The notes beneath the pieces were generated by a model. It searched no databases. It was not told the origin of the DNA and saw nothing but the letters and a program-made list of their open reading frames with translations. From the human T2T-CHM13v2.0 reference genome, Homo sapiens, in NCBI RefSeq assembly GCF_009914755.1, contig NC_060936.1: a stretch of 64,000 bases of DNA, one strand, 5' to 3'. The position numbers and the translations under genes are program-made. This document shows, piece by piece, positions 57,020-64,000 of the stretch. How positions within the stretch are numbered: position 1 is the stretch's first letter; each line of letters begins with the position of its first letter.

Positions 57020-57199
57020 TAAAAATATTCCCAAATGTCTCTGTATCTCTTTCTTTCCCTTTCTTTCTGTTTTCTGTGGGGAGATGGATTGTCTAGAGAG
57101 CCTGCTTTTTTTGTATTAAATGATGGGTAGAATTTTAAAACTCCCTTGGGGGTAGATTCTTTGTGCCATCTATGTGAAAAGACTTTCTTGCTCTGTTCA

Positions 57200-57701
57200 C
57201 AAAATCCCCAATTAAAAATTGAATTAATAGTTGAAAATATTCCAAAATAGAAAGCATCAGGTGCAGATGGGTTGACCTTGAATTTGACCAAACATTTAAG
57301 AAAGAAATTGTACTAATTTTCAGCAATGATTTTTAGAAGATAGAAAAAGAATGAATACTTTCTAACTCATTCTATGAGGCCCAGCATTATCCTCATACCA
57401 AAAGCAGACAAAGATATTACAAGAAAAGAAATTAGAATCGATATTTCTAATTAACATAGATATAAAAATTCTCAACAAAATAGCAAATCGAGTCCAGCAA
57501 TGTAAAAAACAATTGATATGCCACTACCAAGTTGACTTATCACAGGTATGTAAGGCTGGTTCAACTTCAGAAAATCAATCAATATACTTGATTCACATTA
57601 ACAAGCTAAAGAAGAAAAATCACGTGATTATATCAATAAATGCAAAGAAAGCATTCGACAAAACTCAACACTCATTCATGCTAATAACTTTCAGTAAATT
57701 T
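57200..57701 (+). mobile_element. L1 ORF2 fragment, near-copy of 48460-48950
   Basis: Shares apparently non-consensus variants with the L1 at 48.5-49.0 kb. Confidence 0.85.
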
Positions 57702-59313
57702 TCAACAACCCATGCCCTGTTGATTCTGGTTCCTGTTCCAAACTCCTCCCATCTAATATATGCTAAGATTTAGAGTTCCCTTCCAAAAATGTCAGTTCCA
57801 TTATGTTATCCCCCCTGCTCCAAAAATTGGTAAAAAGATACTTCAAAAGTCACATTTTCTCAACCTGGACACCAAGCCCCCTTCAGTTATTTTTATTTCA
57901 CTGTTTTGCCTTGTTTCTTATGATTCTCCAACATGAATCTTCCCTGATCAGATTGGTGATCTCATCTTACTCCAACTTTCACCGTTCTCGTTCCTGTCTT
58001 TGCTTGTTCTTCCCCTCTGTTTGGAATTCTCTTTTTGGCTAATTTAAAGCTCATCTTCTCTAAAGGACAATTTAATTTTTATCCATTCTTTGATGCCTTC
58101 ATAGACAGATTAAATATACACTGCTCTCCCTTCTCTGAGTTGACCTAACTCATATGGAGTCCTGTTCCTATAATAATAATGCTTTTCCTGGTTGGGGAAG
58201 TTTGACTCAGTCTCCCATGTGATTTCATTTTATCCATGCAACGACTCTTCCAATGTAGTAGTATAGTCTTTATAATATTAAGATTATGAAACTTGGAAAT
58301 TTAATTTCAACTTCACCAAAGAATCAAAATTGGTAAGTAGTAGTTCCAGGTCTGACTCTATGAAGCCCACAGTCTGCTATGCAGTAATGGAAGACAGTTT
58401 CTTAATTTAGGCTTAAGAGAGGCGAGAGTCTCACAAGAGATTTTTTTTTCAGAGAGTCAATTTAATGTGATGGGCTCTGGGCTCAGAAGCCCAGCATTTG
58501 GATTGCTCTTTCCAGGGGAGTGACCATGGGGAAGTCATGGAGCTTTCTTTGATCCTAGTCTACTCACCTGAAAAATAAAAACTCAGATTGTGTCAAGGAA
58601 AAGGGAAAGTTGAATATATGATAACATTTTGACAATTGGGAAGCAGTAGATATTATACAAGTATTGCAGTTGTTATTTAAAGAGGCATTGAGTAGAATTT
58701 CAATGCAAATAAAAAGTTTAAAACTGCTACATAAAATAAAGCTGAAGACCATAAGAAATTGTCAGCAGGAGCACTCACCAAATAAAGTAATTTAGGTATT
58801 TACTGAGGTTTAGCAATGTGAAGAGTGATAATCTGGATTGAGTGAATGATTTAAAAAGTAAAAGTTCACGGTCCATGCTCTTAAGAAAATTTCTTCCCTA
58901 AGACAAATACTGTGTATGAATATACATGTATATTTGCAATATACATAAATAAAATGTTGTGTATTATACGTACATATAATTTGCTTAATTCTCTACTTTT
59001 GACAGTTTTCAACTTTTGCTCTCCTAGAACTTGGTAGAGAATTGATTGTATTTTAACGTATCTCCTTATATATGTGTCTTCCTCTATTCATCATTGTAGT
59101 CCTAGAATCTAACATAGAACCGTGCATATCAGTAATTAATTTATGTGGAAAGAAGGGAGAAAGGGAGGGATGAAGGGAAGGAGGACATGAAGAAGGGAGG
59201 GAAGGAGGAGCAGCAGGAGGAAAAAATAATCCAGTTTACTGTGTGAATCCTTGAATTATCCTTGGAAAGTATTCTCAACTCAGGACAATTTTCAAATTAT
59301 AGAGCCACAGTGA

Positions 59314-59776
<463 letters not shown>

Positions 59777-60421
59777 AAGATTTTTATTTGATCAAAAGTC
59801 AAATAACAATATACTGAACAAATAAATCATAGACACCACGGGAACACCATACTAGCAAGTAAAATTTCAAGATATGCTTCCCTGACTGAAGACTTTCAAT
59901 AAGGCTTGTCAGACAACCCCTAAACATGTGGTCTAGTAAAAAAAGCTGAGCTGTGGAGTCAAAGAGTCTCAGTTTAGAAAAGCCCTCCATTACTTTCTAG
60001 GTCTGTGGCTTTAGATATGTCATCCAGTGTCCATGAGTCTCAGTGTCTCTTTATAAAGTGCTGGTAATATTTCCTACCAATAAGAGATTTTGGAGATTAG
60101 GAATGGTACACATCAAACATTTAGCATAATACCTGGCTCTTGGGAGGAAATAAAAAAATATGTAAAATGCAAGACTTTTGGTCAAATGAATATTACAGAT
60201 ATTACAGGTAATAATTGCCTAGTAATTTAGAAGAGAGACATATAATTAGCTACTACCAGTGCCTGAGAATATGCTAAGAACAGTAAATATTAACCAATTG
60301 CTTGAACACTAACTATTGAATGTATTCCCAAAACATATGAAATAAGTAATTGCTATGACTTAATAATGATATTTCTGTTGGTCAGATTTTCACATCTGAG
60401 TCATCCCACTAGTTGGGGGAG

Positions 60422-60795
60422 TGTATTAGTCCATTCTCATGCTGCTAATAAAGACATACCCAAGAGTGGTTAATTTATAAAGGAAAGAGGTTTAATTGAC
60501 TCACAGTTCAGCATGGCTGGGGAGGCCTCAGGAAACTTACAATCATGGGGGAAGAAAAAGCAAACAGGTCCTTCTACACATGGTGGCAGGAAGGAGAAAT
60601 ACTGAGCAAAGGAGGAAAGTCCCCTATAAAACCATCAAATCTTATGAGAACTCACTCACTATCACAAGAACAGCATGAGGGTAACCTCCCCCATGATTAA
60701 ATTACCTCTCACCAGGTCCCTCCTATAACATGTGGGGATTCTGGGAACTACAATTCAACATGAGATTTGGGTGGGGACACAGCCAAAGCATATCA
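60422..60795 (-). mobile_element. THE1C/D solo LTR
   Basis: tgtattagtccattctcatgctgct...gcatatca; perfect TSD GGGAG. Confidence 0.93.
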
Positions 60796-61624
60796 GGGAG
60801 TGACATAAAACATAGCCAACCATGCTATTAAACAAACAAACAAAAAAACTAGTCTGAAGATCTTAGAAAAATGCTACAAACAGTTAAACCTAGCGAACAA
60901 TAGCAGCAGCAAGTTCTTGGGAAATTCTTTTTTTATGTAGAATAAATTGGGCTATTGTAAAATAGCATAAGTTCTATGATGGTTCAACCTCATAAGGCTT
61001 GAACGAAACCAAAAGGAAAGCAAGTACATGCATACTGGAAAGGGACATATGGATGAGGTGTTAAGGCAGCACTGCTCAACCTGTCCTCACATGAATTCCA
61101 CTTAACATCGAAGGGCTAATAGTGGCCTTTCTCTTAGAAAATGCCCCCCAGCTCCCCAGAGAGAAAAACCCATATTTTCTATTTGCATGTTTAGTGTGTA
61201 TATTTATTTTACTACTGACTTCCTGAACACAATCTGAAAGATAGTGATTCTGAACTCATAATGAATTCTAGAAATTATCTTTTATTCATAAAATTACTAT
61301 CATGAAAACACCTTAAGGAATTCCTAAAGTGCATTCACTTATCACTCAGACAATGGGTTTATCTACTCTCTCAAATCTTGAAACTCTTATTTATCTTTTA
61401 TGGCACTCATAAAGCCTGATGTTGTCCGTGTGAAAGTGTGCCTGTGCATGATTGTTTGCCTAGCATCTCTTCCACTTTTGCATGTTGGTTTTCTCTTAGC
61501 TCACTGGCTGTGGTCATTATAATTTTCCCCTATTACATCACAAGCTATAGGACAGCTGAGCTTAAAATCCTGTCTTTAACTGGAAGCCTAAACCTTTCAG
61601 CACTCTTTTTGCTACTCTGAACAG

Positions 61625-61680
61625 GGCTGAATTACAGAAATGGAATAAAACTGATCTTATTGCATTTCTTGACTGCACTT
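61625..61680 (+). pseudogene. Candidate pseudo-exon AELQKW(NKTDLIAFLDCT)
   Basis: Acceptor ctctttttgctactctgaacag|; open frame; AELQKW fits before the W-x-x-E-x-D motif; 3' boundary uncertain. Confidence 0.4.
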
Positions 61681-61767
61681 GTCAGTTAAGTGCAGAACCC
61701 TCCAAATCCAACCATAGGATGTGAATGAGCTGAGCATCCAAGCATATTTGTAAGAATCAGGTCTTAG

Positions 61768-61917
61768 GCCACCTGAAAGTATCTGATACCTCTCTTCAGT
61801 GAGTTTGCATAATTTCTTACAAACAGAACTACTTCTAAGCCCTTTCTACTCTACAATGAGTTCACATCAGGACAGACATTCCTTACTCAATGCCAAGCCT
61901 TTTCAGAGACTTTAAAG
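61768..61917 (+). pseudogene. Pseudo-exon PPE/SDTSL/SEFA*FLTNRTTSKPFLLYNEFTSGQTFLTQCQAFSETLK
   Basis: Donor AAG|gttgag; alternative acceptor at 61800; resembles HECTD4 WTLEMDVALVQYIN as recalled; ends phase 0. Confidence 0.5.
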
Positions 61918-62049
61918 GTTGAGTATACTTACCTTGTTCATAGGACTGATGGCATCAAATGTTATTCTAAGATTGATTTGTATTTATGTAAGCTCTGGTG
62001 TTAAAACTTAAATATTTAAACCAATCCAAATGGAATATTTTTCCCTCAG

Positions 62050-62160
62050 GGCTACAATGCTTATGACCTGTAATGCCACATTGAGACATAAAGAATCTAT
62101 AGTTACACTATAAGCCTGGAATGCGTGCTTGATAATGTTGTTTTTCGAGTAGTCTCAAAG
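62050..62160 (+). pseudogene. Pseudo-exon GYNAYDL*CHIET*RIYSYTISLECVLDNVVFRVVSK
   Basis: Strong acceptor atatttttccctcag| and donor AAG|gtttag; 111 bp, phase 0->0; two TAA stops; fits the pre-HECT L-x5-L...LE..L..V..R pattern. Confidence 0.55.
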
Positions 62161-62356
62161 GTTTAGCTAAGCTGCGTCAATTGGTTTGTAATTTCTGCCT
62201 CCCTGCTCTTCCTTCCCTTTCTAACTTCCTCATCTCAAATGACACTTGCATTGGTTAATAATCAGGAATGTTTGCTTTATAAAATGGCTTCCAGTTTTTC
62301 AGTTTTTCTAACAAATACTTTATTGTGTGTAGTGCTATTCTAATATATCTTTTAAG

Positions 62357-62623
62357 GTTTATGGAGAAAAGAAAGGCTATATAGGAACTAAGAATTTTAG
62401 AAAGAGTGGCAAAAATGAAAGAAAGAAAAGAAAAAAGAAACATGAGAATCATCTATTTCAGTCACTTGCCTGAAAGTTTTGTCAGAGGCCTTGACAACCA
62501 CACCAGAAATAAAGCAGTGGCCTATTGTCACTTTCAGTGGTCCATGTGTCTGCCCTCTGTTGATGGCCAAGTCATGAGGAGAAAGGCAGATAACTTGTCC
62601 CAGTTCTATTACCACCTGAGAAG
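62357..62623 (+). pseudogene. Pseudo-exon VYGEKKGYIGTK...NHLFQ/TCLKVLSEALTTTPEIKQWPIVTFS...
   Basis: atatcttttaag| in phase 0; resembles the pre-HECT LIF..K...VL.AT.....P.ITL motif; internal GA-rich run and frameshift; 3' end uncertain (about 62569 or 62623). Confidence 0.55.
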
Positions 62624-62799
62624 GTTGGCAATCTGAGATAGACTTTTGGGTGCCAGGGCTATAACATGAAGGAAAAATCAAAGGAAACATTAAATTTGAA
62701 AGCTAAAAGCTTAAACATGAGTGTGATTTTATGCCTTGGAACTAGAATAAAGCAAACAAATTAATAATAAAAGCAGTGACCCTTTAACAATAATAGTAA

Positions 62800-63200
62800 T
62801 AATGACAATAATGACACTGAGTAAAACTGGCAAGCTTACTCTTTGCTAGTCACTGAGCTAAGTGCTTTACACATATTATGTCTTCTCTTTTAATCCTCAC
62901 ATCAACCTTATGAGATATTATTTCCATTTTGCAGGCAAAGAAGCTGAAGGATTGAACAGCTAAATAATAGTAGTAATAGTAGTCACAGTGACAACAATGA
63001 TAACAATAAAAACATTGTTTTAAAGATTTTACATGTTACCTAATTTAATCCTAAATAACAAGCCAATTATATAGGTTATAGAATTAGAAACTACACACAA
63101 GAAAACTGAGGCATACAGAGGTTAAATTAATTTTCCAAGGTTACTAAGCAAATACATGATAGTGCTAGAATTCGGACTCAGGCATTTTGGCCTCAGGGTC
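62800..63200 (-). mobile_element. Two tandem MIR fragments
   Basis: ccattttgcaggcaaagaagctgaagg; gaaaactgaggcatacagaggttaa. Confidence 0.7.
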
Positions 63201-63379
63201 AAGGTTACTAAGGATTATGGTCAAAGATAAAGTATAAGGTCACCAAGGTCACCAAGCATTATGGATCAAGGTCACCAAGCATCATGCTCTACCATCTCCC
63301 CAGAAGCAAAGTATAAATAAACGTAGATGTTGTACATCAAAACACAACTCACAACAGTTTCTTATTTGCTCTATTTCAG

Positions 63380-63460
63380 TGATGGAACTCAGTTGATGTT
63401 AGGCCAAATATGAAAGTATACTTCTGGTTGCTTAAGCTCTTCACATATGCCATATATGGA
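63380..63460 (+). pseudogene. Pseudo-exon DGTQLMLGQI*KYTSG...
   Basis: Acceptor cttatttgctctatttcag|; resembles HERC2 DGTKSVFGQM just before the HECT N-lobe, as recalled; 3' end uncertain. Confidence 0.5.
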
Positions 63461-63465
63461 TCAGC

Positions 63466-63615
63466 TAAAGAGACCCGCTTATCCTGATTTGTTCAGGGCT
63501 TTCCCAGTTTTAGCACTGACTATACCACATCCCAGGAAACCTTTCAGTTCTGGATAAACTGAGAAAGTTGGTAACGGAAGCATGGAATATGAATATTGCT
63601 TAATTGGTAACCCTA
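63466..63615 (+). mobile_element. MER81-like hAT-Blackjack MITE
   Basis: cccagttttagcactga...catcccaggaaacc...ttggtaacccta. Confidence 0.7.
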
Positions 63616-64000
63616 GTCCCACCCCAATATTATTTCCAGTTGAACATTACCAAGAAGAGAATTGAGACATTTCTTGTAGGAAGCCCAGCAAATATACCCT
63701 ATCTTAAGCCTCCTGTTTTGGCACTTAGCAACTTTGTAACTTTCAATTCCTCCAACTTTCATGCCTAGGAAAGACTCAATGAAACTGGATTGGGATTAAA
63801 GAATTCATTGCTGCTAAGAAAGAAATATACTTACATGTACCATTCAGTTCTTCCTGATGTTTTTCCCTCTCTACCATACTCCACCAAAGCCAGCCCCCAA
63901 CTCATCTGGGCAGACAGGCCAGATCCTAAAGGCTGTGACCTTCACTAAGATTACAGGATAAGAGTCAACAGGGTTTTCTGCCAAGGGACCCCTTATCTCT

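Noticed and set aside
58561-58590. Minus-strand TTTTTATTTTTCAG|GTGAGT resembling a recursive splice site
   Set aside because: It falls in a degenerate MIR core, whose antisense strand routinely gives this acceptor-like motif; there is no independent support

Overview
AT-rich, CpG-poor primate (human-like) genomic DNA. About half is interspersed repeat: Alu, MIR, L2, a ~5 kb old L1, MaLR THE1/MST/MLT1 elements, MER4-group LTRs and hAT MITEs. No intact protein-coding gene is visible; the supplied ORFs are mostly repeat- or microsatellite-derived. The main non-repeat signal is a series of short + strand segments bounded by intact or decayed splice sites, many with compatible reading phases. The 3' ones (53.8 kb and 61.6-63.4 kb), translated by hand with a few stops and frameshifts, resemble in the expected order the EF-hand-like and pre-HECT region of HECTD4/large-HERC-type HECT E3 ligases (comparison from memory, not from a search). 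The window therefore probably holds much of an ancient, decayed, intron-containing HECT E3 ligase gene whose HECT domain would lie at or beyond the right edge. Repeat subfamily names and boundaries were called by eye and are approximate.
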